DNA of 64,000 bases from Basidiobolus meristosporus CBS 931.73. Taxonomy: Eukaryota; Fungi; Basidiobolomycota. Location: NCBI GenBank assembly GCA_002104905.1, contig MCFE01000038.1, positions 124,001 through 188,000 of the forward strand, written 5' to 3'. How positions within the stretch are numbered: the stretch's first letter is position 1; each line of letters opens with the position of its first letter. Both the position numbers and the translations under genes were made by a program. This document shows positions 24,410 through 39,570 of this stretch, in pieces. The notes beneath the pieces were generated by a model. It saw only the letters and a program-made list of their open reading frames with translations. It was not told the DNA's origin and did not search any database.

Positions 24410-25170
24410 TGTTGTAAATTTCGTAATTACACCTAAATACTCACCTAACTTAGTCACTTAGATCAAATCTTAGAGAATTCTGAGCAAATTCCTTGTTGAG
24501 ATTTACTTGGAATATTTTCACCAAAACATCAGGTACCCAGAACATGAAATTTTGATAAGTTGTCCAAAAAGCCCCAAACGTTGCACACATGCTCTTGGAG
24601 CCTTCCTAAACATATTCTACAAGATTGTCTTGCCAAGAACATGTAAAAATAAAAATACTACTTTTACATTCAATAAATCATTAAGTGAAAAACACATAAT
24701 CTACTTGCTCTCCCAATCACTTCCAATATCTCCAGAACTCTTATAACAGAAGCTTGACATCCTTTGGGAAGAAAAAAAGCATTTATATATTGTACACCAT
24801 GCCTGTATTAAATGCCAAACTTGTTGTAAGAGTCTTGGAGATATTGGAAGTGATTGGGAGAGCAAGTAGATTATGTGTTTTTCACTTAATGATTTATTGA
24901 ATGTAAAAGTAGTATTTTTATTTTTACATGTTCTTGGCAAGACAATCTTGTAGAATATGTTTAGGAAGGCTCCAAGAGCATGTGTGCAACGTTTGGGGCT
25001 TTTTGGACAACTTATCAAAATTTCATGTTCTGGGTACCTGATGTTTTGGTGAAAATACTCAATGAATACTGACCAAATTCCTTGGCGGGATTTACTTGAA
25101 GATATGTAGATAATGATCTAAGTGACTAAGTTAGGTGAATATTTAGATAGAATTACGAATTTTTACTACA
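24410..25170. mobile_element. Foldback / MITE-like long inverted repeat (761 bp)
   Basis: 24513-24734 is the exact reverse complement of 24836-25057 (222 bp). Imperfect pairing extends inward to 24760/24812 and outward to about 24410/25170, leaving a loop of about 51 bp. AT-rich and non-coding; no clear target-site duplication. Confidence 0.8.
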
Positions 25171-28083
25171 AAACTCAGAGATGCAGAAAGCCACATAACT
25201 TGTAGACTGCTCTGATTATGAAAGTATAGCTGAGGAGAACATAGCTCAAGTATACAGCAGTATATATTTTAGTTTCATAGCAAATCCATATAACCTGGGA
25301 GTGGAGTTGGAGGTTGCAAAAAATATGATGATAACTAGAGGAAAATGTAAGCTGCTGGATTCAAGTAACTAGCATATCCCCTAGTTACTGATGCATTTTA
25401 GCTATAGAGCTTTTCTGTCATATTATTAATGCTTGTTTGCTGAGGATTAGCATCAACTGATGATCATCAATTCTCAGAGTTAAAATACTAGAAGTCGCCA
25501 AATTCTGTAAACACATCAGATAGCCCCAAAGCTGCTCACTCCACGCCCTAGAGCCTCCTTTAAGAAATTGGTATGATTATATTTACGAAGATTACAAAAA
25601 ATTCACTTCCATATTCCCATTGTCGCTTCCAACACATTCACAAAGTATAAGGTGTAGTGGTTGCACTGCTCGTTGTAACTATTTAGTATACACCTTAATC
25701 ACTCATATACCTTAAAGTTTTGTTTAGCTTACTGCGACTTTTTGAACTACTTCGGATTTAGTTTGCAAGATATTATCAAATCATTGGAATTGTTGAGGTC
25801 CAGAAAGTGATTCAATTTTTCAAGCTCGTCCAAAAAACTTTAAACTTTGCACACCGCTTACTGAGACCTTCCTTGAAGTACATCCTCATAAAGCTCCCCT
25901 GAAAGTACATACTATTTACTTGGGCTCAATAACTCAAATAGTGAGTGTCATGCAATTCTTCCAACACTGAATCATTACCAATACTCCCTAGAATCTTGCA
26001 AACTTTGTAAGACTTCACTACTGTTGAGGTTAATTAAATATTCTGAAATAGATTACATATCCAGCTTTTTAGTAGTTCAATAATTCTAAACTATCAATCA
26101 ATAGGATGCCAAGGTGTTGAAAAGCAATGTTAACCTCTAGCCACATGTATCACCAATCGTCAGAAATTCATAATAAATAAGATATGTGATTTCTACACAA
26201 TGTGAAAATGCTCAGAAGATTGGAAATATCGATGGTAGTCTAGAGACCACAGACATAATGCGTGTATTTCTATGATCTTTTACATAATGTATTTGTTTAG
26301 CAAATTTATAAAGGATGCGCCTTTTCTCAACTCACTAAACCATTCAATGAAAACCAACCATTGCATACACCAAACCGCTTTGAAACCACAATTTTCTTCC
26401 AAAAGACCACAAGTTCGAATCAAACTCCATGATCTTTTGCTGTATTGAACGTAGCTGAGATGTCGAAGATATTGTATGTAAATATGACATTGATTTTCTG
26501 TAGCCCAAATGTGTCAGAAGCCGCCTGTTAGCAATTTTGTATTTTCCAATCCATCCACAAACCATATATACATCAGGCCATCATATTGGCCAAATGGCGA
26601 TGCTCGAATAGAGTGCCTCCCATTGAACCTCATACAATAACAGTTAGACTTGGCTGGGTAGAGTTTAAATATAAAATCCGATATTCATCGGCTACAATGC
26701 ATGAATATATTTGTATTGGTAGACGTAACTAACATCATCCCCATACATATGTGAATCGATTAGTAATGTCTCATAGTTAAATGTAAGCAAAGGTTCTGTC
26801 ATTCAGCACCTGCGAACATATGATAATCAGCCACTTTCAACCAGTGCAGTTCATTGGAATCATTGCCAAACACGGTGTTTGGCGATAAACAATGTGGTCA
26901 TTTTTAGCCAGGTAGATGCTCAAATAACCTAACCACTTGAAATGCAGTCTTCCGCGAATCATTTGGAAAACCACCACTACCATCTCTATGGCTTCATCAA
27001 ATCAGAATAGGCATTGGGGATTGAGGCATACTTTTGTTCCCTCTTTAGCCATTTGAAGTCAATCATGATATGACATGTTCAACTGATCTTAATGGGAGGA
27101 GTGAAGTGGCTATGGGGTTTTCTCAGTTTTCCCCCGAAATCAGCAACCCCCGCCACACTTTCCTAGGAAAACCATATTTCGGGCTGTATTCAACGATGGA
27201 TTTGTTCCGATTGGTGGAATGTACACCAACACTCGAATTGGCCATTCTTCGATGGAATTCCAAAACTCCCGCTCTATCGAGCTTGGGCATCTCCGAATTG
27301 CCAATTTGGTTGGGCCAAATATGCACTTATTCTCCAACATGGCCGAAAAATCACAATCTTCCTTCCATGATCTTAATCCATGGTACCCGCAATTACCATC
27401 CATCTCATTGGTGGCGCGGTCAAGGCAGTCCAGCAGATCCCCGAAATCATACGTGATTGCCAATCCGGTACTAGAGCCTTATTCCGGACCCTGTCAGGTA
27501 ACCAAATAATCATCCATAATTACTGGTTATGGATCTTGAATGGCCCACGTTTTAAACTAATTAGTGATCTAGATTCATTTGGTTATAGTTGATCCGTCGG
27601 GTGTTCGTGGGCGAGCCAAAGCAAAGCATTCATCGCCATTCGCTGTGGGTGAGTGATTTGCACCGATGGGTTGGTGCGAAGGGATTTATTTTTAACTCAA
27701 AAGATGCAAAAGTAGTTGATGTCTGGTGGAATATGGACTATGTGGTCGCCACCGCCTATATACATTATACGGATAGTACATTGAGAAGTGATTAGATGGA
27801 CAAGAGAATATGGATATGAATTAAGGCAGCAGTCAGAGTTGAACCTAGCAAGACCCAATTCCCGTGCTGTATATCATAAGGGTGTCAAATGATCAATGGT
27901 GCCACCAATATCAATTAAAAATTGGTCGAAATGTGGGTATTCAGACCAGCTCGACTCGCCCATATGGTCTATTAGCCAACACAACGCTCAATTAGTAGGG
28001 TGCTGAGCGTGCGCGTGCATTTACAAAATGTGACCATGGGTGGTGTACCGACTGTCACTTGATAGCTGTCAATATGGATGAGC

Positions 28084-28812
28084 TTAACACAGAAGGTCAT
28101 ATACGCTCATTCCAGAAGTACGGGACGAATGATCCTTATTTGTATCCGGGTAACAATACTTGTCGGCGTCTGTCTTAGTGGCATTACCGGTCAGCATTAG
28201 GAGGTTGTTTGCATCCTCAAATATTGGCGATGATGTACCCATGTCTTCTTTCGATTCGAGTTGGCTGCTCAGCACTGGGGTCTCTTTTTTGATATCATTC
28301 GAGGATTCGTCAACCTGGGAGAGTCGGCTTTGAAGTTCGTGGATGTATTCGATCGTGGATTCTAATATGGACAGTTTGTGAAGATTGACCTGGTTTGCAC
28401 AACTTGGTACCAGTGTTTTCAGCTGGAAAATCTTATCATTGATACGTTCACGGCGACGACGCTCTATAGCGGAGTGAGATACTTTGCGGAGGATCTCTTT
28501 TTCTTGACGTTCGTCCGAGATACGCGAGTATGCGCCAGACATCGGGGTTGGCAAAGGGTATGGATATGAAAAAGCCGGGTGTGCAGGTACCATAGGGACC
28601 GCATACTGAGGAACCATTGGTATGTGATGATATTTAGGTAAGATCCGTTCGAAACGACCTGGGACAGTCCCCGGATGATTGGGGACAATTGTTGGTGAAG
28701 TGGAATTGGAGTTGTTGACCGAATGGGACAGTGGTGGTGATGAGGAAGACTTCACATTGGTTGGAGAGTAAGCGTCTTGCGACGAAGGTCTAAGAGAACG
28801 CTGCTTGCCCAT
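28084..28812 (-). CDS. bHLH transcription factor (242 aa, single exon)
   Basis: Basic region and HLH: KVSHSAIERRRRERINDKIFQLKTLVP...KLSILESTIEYIHELQ. Confidence 0.92.
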   Translation of the reverse strand: MGKQRSLRPSSQDAYSPTNVKSSSSPPLSHSVNNSNSTSPTIVPNHPGTVPGRFERILPKYHHIPMVPQYAVPMVPAHPAFSYPYPLPTPMSGAYSRISDERQEKEILRKVSHSAIERRRRERINDKIFQLKTLVPSCANQVNLHKLSILESTIEYIHELQSRLSQVDESSNDIKKETPVLSSQLESKEDMGTSSPIFEDANNLLMLTGNATKTDADKYCYPDTNKDHSSRTSGMSVYDLLC

Positions 28813-31800
28813 TGCGCTAAATACTATTTTGTACAGTGAAGGGGTGGATTGTATCTGAAGAATGGAGTGGAAAGTGATTGAATAGAAGGACGAAACGGAG
28901 CATATTATAGCAAAAATCCAACTAGGAAAAAGGGGCTAAATTGTCGATCGCTATCATAAGCATATGAAAGTACTTTTTGAAATAACCGAATTCGCATCCA
29001 CTAGCTTTATTAGATGACATATTTAGAACACGCCTTTCTAAAGGAAAAGTTTGGAGTCAACACTTTCACATGATTGTGAAGAGTTCTATGCATCAGATCT
29101 TAATTTGGGCATCTATAACTACCAGTGCCACAAACCGTGGGGACTTGCTATTATAAAGAGATCCAATTAATTGACTACGATCCTTAGCCTTAGGCTTAGC
29201 CAATCATCATGTGCGCTTGCACCAGTGGGCATTGCTACCATCAATCCCCTTCCATTCCATAAGAATCGGTAATGTGGGTGAACGTAGACCACATCAAGCA
29301 GTAAGCTGCTTTAGGCTTCAAAACAACCTGATGGTTGATCGGTTGCATCATTTTGTATGGGCAAGCCATTGGAAAGATTACGGATGTCTTCTGGCATTGC
29401 CCATGTTAGCATGTGGCAGCAGAGCTTAGCTCATTGAATGTAGAGGCTGTAATGATGTCCATGTGAAAGTGGCTTTGGGTGAAATTCCAATTTGACCACA
29501 GCGCATCAATCTGACTTAATCCAGAACCCGTTTCATCAGTGAAATTGTACCAAAATAGAGTATGGAGATCAGCTAGCGTGATCTGACCTCCATTGATACA
29601 TTTCCTCCATTAAAATAACAATGCATCCGAACATACAAGGGTCGTGTTCGCTCTAAGGTTTTGCCACAACAATATTGGGCATTATCACCTTGGACTCTAC
29701 TAGGCTTATCATTGGAAAGGAGGCTGTACCACGATGTCAATTCATCGATTGCACTCATATGACAATTAGGGCGCTGCGATCTCATTGGATATGGGGCAGA
29801 CATGTGAGAGCACACTACCTAATCGAATTCCTTGAATAACGATTGAACAATAACAATATTGGTCCCATGGAATCACATGAAAACCAGCTCCATGAGCCTA
29901 CGTGACGGTCCAAACCGGTTTTTCCGCGGATTCCTCTCTCACATGTCGATGCAGCAAGTAGCAGCTGTACTCAAAGCTAGATTGATCCGGCATATCGAAT
30001 TCAGGGTCCAGAACACATTGTATGAAAATATTCTCTCGATCAAGCAGTCCTTTTTTTCATGGTACTCTTGTCATCAGTGATAGGAGGCTGGCGACGGTGC
30101 GGAGCATCGGAATCACATGCCAGCAGACAATCTCAATACCCGACTACTTCGTATCTGCTAGTCGATTTAGGAAAGATTGTGTCAGGGGGATTAGTCTAAC
30201 TTACCCAGACAAACGAGCTTTACTGAACAGATAATTTGCTCCACGGAGTAAGCGAAAAAATGAAACCCTAACCTGCTCGATGTTCAGTTTCAAGGTATGA
30301 ATTTTCATATGATTTCATTTGTCACGTACAGTCGTTGGCCCACCTGTTTAATAAATGAAGATACCGTGAGGAGGTTTCGAAGAGTCTCCTTTGGTGCCTG
30401 GTAAAAGCTGGGGTGTTTCAACCAACCCAGCTATTCCCAAAAAATCCGCCAACTTCAGGGACACATCCCATCCACACCAAGCGCTAGAAATCCACTTACT
30501 ACTCACTGCTGATAAGGCATGCCGACGCCAATCAAGTTTCTGAAGCATCTTTCAATCTCCTATTCCAAATAACCTTTACATCGTGTTTTTCATCTTCACA
30601 TGCAACAACCTGGAGCTTGCATTGGGATACAAAATCGATTCGAATTATACCAGCACAGGTTTCAAACGTGACAGTCCAGTGAGCATGATTGGTGGATCTG
30701 ATTTTGAAGGGAGATCTCAGTTGTCTATCTTTGTATCATCCCAATATATAGAGTGATAGGAGATATACGGGATTCATTCATTTGACAATGCGTATTGTCT
30801 ACATGAATGGAAGTACAACTATAGTCAGTAAATACATTTAAGGATATGTCTTCAAGCCAGAGGATAAGTTAGTATTGTTTACATGTGATAGAACGTGGTA
30901 GAGGGCATTTGACAAACAACCTGGTTAGTTGGCAGCTCGTGATGTTTCCAAATCGATCCTTATTAGAACTGTTTACGGAATATTCACCGCAACTGTTATG
31001 TCTAAATACTGATCCATACGACCTAGATCCAAGGATTAGTGAGGACAGAGACTAGAATGGAAACTGATATATATTACCCAACTCCAAGGCTTCATGGTGA
31101 CATGACATTGGTGTCGCCTCGGTAAGAGTGTACTGTCACAACATATAGGTGATCGTGGACGTAAGTGTGCCAAGGGTAAGAAAAGGGGTGGTGGACCTCT
31201 CCTACATGGCCACTGACACATGATAATAAGCAATTTTAAAAATACAATTAGGTGAGAGATTTGTAAAGATATTACAAACTAGTATTACTAGACGGATCAG
31301 AGTGCCTAGAGGTGATGTCCCAAATGCATCTACAGTTGTATACGTTTGGAGCAATATAGTTGGCATCGAAAGCATGTAGCACCTGTACAATGGATGACAG
31401 CCTTTTTGGTATTGTAGCAAAGACCAATTTGTATGATTTTTCAACTCATCAATAATTGCAAGTAGCGAGGAGGTAGCTGTTCATTGCGTAGGTCTGAAAG
31501 ACAACAAATACTACCAATTCTGTTTGAAAAGCGGCAAACAGAATTTCTTGGATTCCCAAAAGCAAACTCACTCATGTTGTGCATTACTAGGTGGGCATCC
31601 TATAGCTTAAATTTTTTATATGCTCTCACAGCAGTTGGTTGATGAGCTTATCTCAATGCCATAAGATCCACGATGCTCACTGGCAACTAAATACAAAGCA
31701 CCAAATAAATTCATTATATCTACTAGAGATGATTGCTAGATACAAAGACACCAAGTATTCAATGAGCAATGGAATATTCATTTCTAAAGGTTTACTAGAT

Positions 31801-32166
31801 TACTCTGATCATTTGACACATGAATAAAATTATGTGGGTTCAAATATCTCTAAATAGGTATGAAAATGTGGCTATTGTGACCTGGATCTCCTGATGGTGA
31901 GGAGGTATGAGCATACAGGGGGGAGTAGCAATGTAACAAATGTTGATTTACAGGAAGCACACATCACTAGTCCAGTACATCGACTCTGATTCCAGCACAG
32001 TTGGTGCTACTGCTGTAAGCGCAATACACTCACTCGAATAACTATGATGAAATTGCAACATCTATAATATTAATTTAACCTCGGGTCCAATGATGCCGAG
32101 GGAGTGTAGAAAGACCTCGTAAACGAATGTGTGCGACGGTTCCATTTTCACTGAATGGTGGTATTA

Positions 32167-33493
32167 TCACAGACGATGTCCCGGCACTGCATAGAATACT
32201 ACCACAATTGCTGCGCTGATAAATAGCGTGTAACCGGTGATTTGGAGCGCTTGAATCATATGCAAATGCCGGATATGCGAGTCTTTGACACGGTTGAAAT
32301 GGAGTAAGCTTTTTTCACTGTATACTATAGTTAGCCAGGTCCGTTTTATCAAGATATGTGCTTTCGCAGAACTGAATCTCCTACCTTATTCCCAGGATTG
32401 TCAAAAGAGGAGAGAATCGTTTTTGGTGTACAATGATGTTCAGTACGCCGATCCAGATTGGTATAAACCCCTAAATAAAAGGTAAGTTCCACACGTTTGC
32501 CCCTAGATTTAAATAATGCTTGGATAGACCTACCCATAAGCGAGTCAGTTTTGGTTGGTGGTCTAGAAAGATGAGAGCAAACTCAATAGAAAAGCCTAGT
32601 ATCAATATAAAAAGACCCAAGACTAGACGACTCATTGCATGCAAGGTAACAATATTGGAATAAGCTCTAGCCCAAATAAACCTAGGGAAAGAGTTATGCG
32701 CCATGTAGTCAAACACAAAGAGCTTGGCTTCGAGAAACACTTCAGGATCGTCACGGTGTTCGCTTTCGATCATTTGGCTTATACGTTGACGTATCATTTG
32801 TGGAAGCACGAGTTCCTTTTCAGCCCCCGACACGATGTATTTGTAGTATATTTTTTCGGCGGACAGTCTTAAATCATCTCGTTGAACCTTCTTATTACCC
32901 ACACTCAATCCCCGGAATTCTGAGTCGATATGCCGTTTTGTATCATACCCATTGGAGTCAGCTAGAGGCTCCAAAGGTTCTGTGCGTGCAATGGGCGTGG
33001 TTTGATCCATGGGATTTAAATTTTGTGTATCCCTGGCTTGACTGGCTCTCTTTTCGGCGCCAGAGCCGCTTATGGTACTGAATCTGAGTTCATCGGATAC
33101 CTCCTTAAGGCTAAGCTTATTGTACGTCCCAGTACCATCCATAGAAGAAAATGAGCGGGAACCATTTTGAGAATTATGTAGGCTGGCAAGCAACTGTTTG
33201 CAATAAAGCTTACACAAATTCTCGTGAGCAACGACGTCCAGCCAGAAATCGAGATTCTCTACTGAAAGAAAAGAATCGCGTAGGAATAGATAGTAGTTGT
33301 ACAAACATACTGGTGGCAAGGTCTTTCTTGAAAGAATTTGCTCAAGGGTTGGAAGCTTAGGGTCGTTCACAACGAATCGAGAGTCTAAGAAATTCCACAA
33401 GATATACTGGTTACCCTCCGATTTGACATGCTCTTGTCCTGTTTTCGCGGAATACTCTCCATATTGTGCTGCTCCTGGAAACTTTTCCGACAT
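32167..33493 (-). CDS. RGS-domain membrane protein, Rax1 (bud-site selection)-like, 3 exons
   Basis: LPTLEQILSRKTLPPVCLYNYYLFL..ENLDFWLDV, AEKIYYKYIVSGAEKEL, DDPEVF..AK and FPRF, followed by three hydrophobic segments. Splicing joins track ORFs 32471-33493 and 32167-32352. Confidence 0.85.
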
Positions 33494-35517
33494 CTTGGAA
33501 TATGAAACTGTTGATCACGAATGAGTATCACCCTTTGAATTATATTGTCTATAGGTATGTTGCTGTTCCCCTGTCCTTGTGCGGAGGATGTGGTGTTGAT
33601 ATATGATATTGAAGTCTATAAATCGAATAAATTTGGGAACGTGTAGAAGTAATGACTTTGTTGGAGGCTACCCACGTCAATTGGTGAGCGTATTCTAGAC
33701 AAGTTTAGAAAGTCTATTGTAGTAGTACAAGCCAGAATATAGAACGAGGCAATAAAAGATATAAAATGGAGACAGACACGGCTTATGATTAAGAATGAAG
33801 CAGGAATAAAATGATACTAACTGCACGAATAAAATATGCGATCAATGAATGCTATATTGACCTGGTAGCCAGTAAAAGCTCCTGTTTATTATTTACTGCC
33901 TAATTCGAAAGTATGCAAACATCATCCAAGTTGAATAAATGATGAATGTTGTACAGGTCTCCAGCAGCCAAAATCTACATGGTATATCATTGATTCTTTA
34001 TTGACCGATCGATGGACTGATTGGTGAACTATACTTCGTGGTACAATAGAATATCTGGTCGGAAACTTTGCTATTCCAAAACGACCTCAACCAGCGATAT
34101 CACATGGAACCTCGGTCACGTATGTAAATTAAGCAAGATGCGAATTTGGTTCTAGGGTGAATGGATCCAAGCTGCATGATTCTGAATACCGAAGCTCCGA
34201 TCTACATTGTTTGAATATATCCCAGCCCCTCCCAGCACCTTGAGCCAATGAACTCTCATTGACACACACTAATGAGCCATGCCAGGCACTGCAACACATA
34301 CCGAAAATGAAGTGAGGAGCTCAGACAACTGAGGCGAATACAACTAAGGATCAAGATTCAATATGCGTCCCAGATAGAAGATCTATGCAACCTTTACTTA
34401 ATGACCGACGTCGGGTGCATGGGCACTTCTATACGCAATCCTTGAAGTATCTTTGCTTGCAAGCTCTACGTAATAGAAAGGCTTAGATTTCCCCCTCCAG
34501 CGATGCTCTATCATTGCCAATCATTGCCAGGTATGATCCAGACTGGATCCACCAGATATCTTCCAATCTATATGGATGGTCTACCAAATCACCCCAACCA
34601 ATGGAAGAATAGGGATTGTTTACATTATCATTCTGGACAAAGCCCTTACCTCCCATTGAGATTCAAGAAAAATTCTTCCCGACGTTTCTATCGCCTGTAC
34701 GGCCCTTTCAAAACGTAAATTCTGTCATACGCTCTGCTTACGTATTAACCATTCGAATCTGGATTTAGAAACCAAATCCAATCGACTAATATAATCTCCA
34801 TATAGTAAAGATAACGGTATATCCTCTACCAATGGCGTGTCGAGGGAATCTCAGCGACAGATCAAAGATGAGGAATGTGATCGCTTACGCACAAACACTA
34901 GGACACCGACTTGGTCTACTGGATAGCCGGTGTTCTCGTCACTGTGATTGCTCCAAACCGACGGTCCGATGTGGCCGTCCTAAACCAAAACCAGCTGTAG
35001 AGAAGTGAGCCAAATGAAGATAACAATGAATCACAGCCAGCTGGCCGTAACCGGGCATGCGATGCTGGTGGAGAATACAACAATATCGTAAAAAAATTTT
35101 AATGCTATGATGACAACTTGCTCAGGTACTGCACATGTGCCCAGAGGTTGAAATCTAGGCGATTGATTGGTCTACAATGGAAAAATGTCAAGTGATAATT
35201 GGTATCCACTACAGTGATATCACATTGGAATAACGCGTACAAGGATTTCGAATGGATTTTATGATTCACAAAATATGTTGATGGCTGGATATTTATTGAT
35301 TTCGTCATATACGATTAAGCGCATCGGGTTACTTGCGTTGCTGGATTTTGGGGTTCTACCCATAGAAAATGATTATTGGAGTAGTTTTATACCCCATGCA
35401 TTATTGATATTTTTTTGTGGTTCGACCAGGGATACGCTGGATTTCGTCATGGCGCTTATAACGATCGAGTTGACTTTGGATCTCCTCTAAGTCTTTTCCT
35501 ACTCATTGAACATCACT

Positions 35518-36825
<1,308 letters not shown>

Positions 36826-37296
36826 GCGTTTTTTTCTACTTTATAATTTTGTTATGCATGCAAACTTCTTCCAGCACTTGATTTTAATAAGAAATGATTA
36901 AAATCCGATAAAAGGTGGTTTTTAAGTTGATAATTCTCTACCAGACCAAGAGTCGTTTTCCAATAGAATGTATCGAGCGTGCTCATGTGACTGGGGTGAC
37001 CGCAGGTGTCCAGGTGGGGTTTTGGACGAATTCGTAATATAGTGGGAAGAATTAATTTGATTGTATGGTTTGAGAGGTTGCCCAACTAGCATAACCATCA
37101 GCTTTCTTTACTATCGATCCCGATCTCAATGCTGGCTTGAATATTGTGAGACTCTTCGTATCATCATAGTCCTGCATAGGGCAAAGTAATCGAGGGAATG
37201 GTGGTATTTCAACGATGCCTCTGCAAAAACGATGCACCTAAATGGAGGAATGCCATTTACCTCGTGAATATATAGGGACGATTCGTTCCTGGGCCT

Positions 37297-38761
37297 ATGC
37301 TTCATCTCGTAATATTTGCCATGTATGACTACGACGACACTATTCCTGTTGTGCTAGTGGAGGGATTTCTTGGCTTTGCAAGTTCGAAGTATTGGGGTAG
37401 CGGGCTACAAAACTATGGTGCCCGAAGAAGGCGTTTAATATATCTGGATCTGGGTTGCGTATCCTCTCTTCATGACCGTGCCTGCGAGCTGTTTTATCAA
37501 CTTAAAGGTGGAACCGTTGATTATGGCCAAGAACACTCTAGACAATTTGGCCATCAACGGTATGGGAAAACCTACCAAGGTATGGTGCTGGTACGGTGAG
37601 CTGGGTTTAGTCATACCTAACCAATTAATTAGGACTGTATCCGGAATGGAGCTCAGCAAAGCCACTGCATTTCATAGGCCATTCATACGTAAGTGCTGGG
37701 AAATTGCCGGAATATAGTCCAAGCTCACCAACATTGCTTACTCTTTTCCAGGGTGGAAATACCGCATGGTATCTCCAACAATTCCTACATCAAAAGGAAT
37801 TTGAGGGTCATCAAAACACTTGTGCCGATTGGGTTCAAAGTCTGACCACGATTTCCTCGCCTTTACGTGGTACCACCATCACGCATACCATTGGAAGATA
37901 TGAGGATGAGATAGGCGGTGTGCGGGCGTTATCACTAGGCTCGCTTATGTACAGAGCTATCCTGCTTTATGAATGGCTGGATATAACATGGCTTAAAGAG
38001 CATGTCTTTAATTTTAACCTTGATCATTGGCCCTTCACTCCCAACAAGGGCATGTCATGGATGGAGCTAGTAAGACATCTACTGGTTGGTTGTGATTGGG
38101 CAGAGGGAGTAGATAATGCCCCCTATGATCTCACCATCCAACGTATGGAGTCCATCAATAAGACGGCAAAAACCTTTGAATCCACGTATTACCGCTCGTT
38201 CGCCGCATCAATGGTACGGTCAAAAAGCCACTGCACACCAGCACATAACTCACGAATTATTGGTAGACATTCAGGCCGAGCTGGTGCTCCTATCACATTC
38301 CCAAACTGTGCGCAAATGCAGCCCTGATGGTTTCCTCAGCCGTTATTGGAAGATTCAGTTTCAACCACTCGGACATGAATATGATGGGCTGGCGAGAGAA
38401 TGATGGTGTTTGTCCGTTGATTTCACAAGTGCATCCTGGCGAATGTAGGTATGTGATACAAACATCATTTCCTGGAGACAATCGTTTTGCTGAAGTGTTG
38501 TATAGGGTGGGCCATTGCGAACACTCTTCTGGTTTAAACAGGTCCCCCGAATTGCCAATGCCAGGCATATGGAAGGTGAACGAACTCCATGGGTGTAACC
38601 ATTTTAGTATTATCCCAAGTATATACCCCAGTCTGTTGTATATTGAGCTGTTTAAAGAGTATTTTGGATACTTGGATCAGATTGACTACCTCAAGCAAAG
38701 CCTGGGCTTTAGTTCGGCCTCCCAGCACAGCCCTACCACCAAATGTCGTGGTTTCAATTGA
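37297..38761 (+). CDS. Alpha/beta-hydrolase lipase resembling Geobacillus/Staphylococcus family I.5/I.6 lipases, at least 4 exons
   Basis: PVVLVEGFLGF, SSLHDRACELFYQLKGGTVDYG..H...GH.RYGKTY, nucleophile GHSY|GG split by an intron, LTTISSPLRGT, YDLT, WRENDGV..ISQ.HP and HFSI. The true start may lie further upstream. Confidence 0.85.
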
Positions 38762-39570
38762 GGTTTTCACTTTTGTAGCAAATACACTTGTAGCTATTTT
38801 CAAGAACTGATGCATAGATCCAAATTTTCCTTGATGCACATTGTTGTAGATATTTGGTCTATTGAAATATCAAATCATCAACAGAATGGGGGTTGTGAAT
38901 TAAGTGAAAATGATATGTGCATGTCTGCTCTGTATTTTCGTGGGCTAAAGTCGGTGCAAGTTGGTAAGCTCAAATTATACCTAATATGCAATGTAGGTAC
39001 ACCACCGTCCTTGATTAAATAACCTGTCGTAAGAGAGATCACTTGACATGTTCCTCAAAGGTATCGTGATTTGAAGTTGAGCCTACCCGAAGACCCAAAG
39101 ATCAATAGATCGTACTCCAGAGGAGGGCTCCTTCAAATACATCAAGTTATGTATAAATATCATGTTTATGCACTATCCACTCTTGAATGTACATTTTCCT
39201 GACATGGCCATAATATAAGGCTGACTTGATGCATTACCTGCTCATATGACCATGGTGACACCAATGTTACCCTTGTGATTTAACTATTTTTTTGATTCAA
39301 ACCGTCGCACAGGACGGTGTCAGTGGGATCTAGGTTTAGAATCCACACGATTGGTTATGCAAATAGGCACTCACGTTATGAAATTGTAGTGACTTTGATG
39401 ATCTTTAATGGTAGGTGTTCAACTATTTGAGCCAAATGGTCTATTTAACTATATATATATGTAGGTTGGAGGTGGGGGAAGCAAAATCTATTTTCCTTAG
39501 TACACTCTGCCTGCCGATAGTGTGAACCTCATATTGCACAATATATTGCTTGTACAAAGTACCACAGCTT

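Noticed and set aside
24507-25018. Two near-identical ORFs on opposite strands (79 and 105 aa)
   Set aside because: A by-product of the DNA palindrome; AT-rich, with no protein-like features.
32400-32430. Suspected frameshift in exon 2 of the Rax1-like gene
   Set aside because: Recounting the T-run (five T) gives an intact HQKRFSPLL frame.
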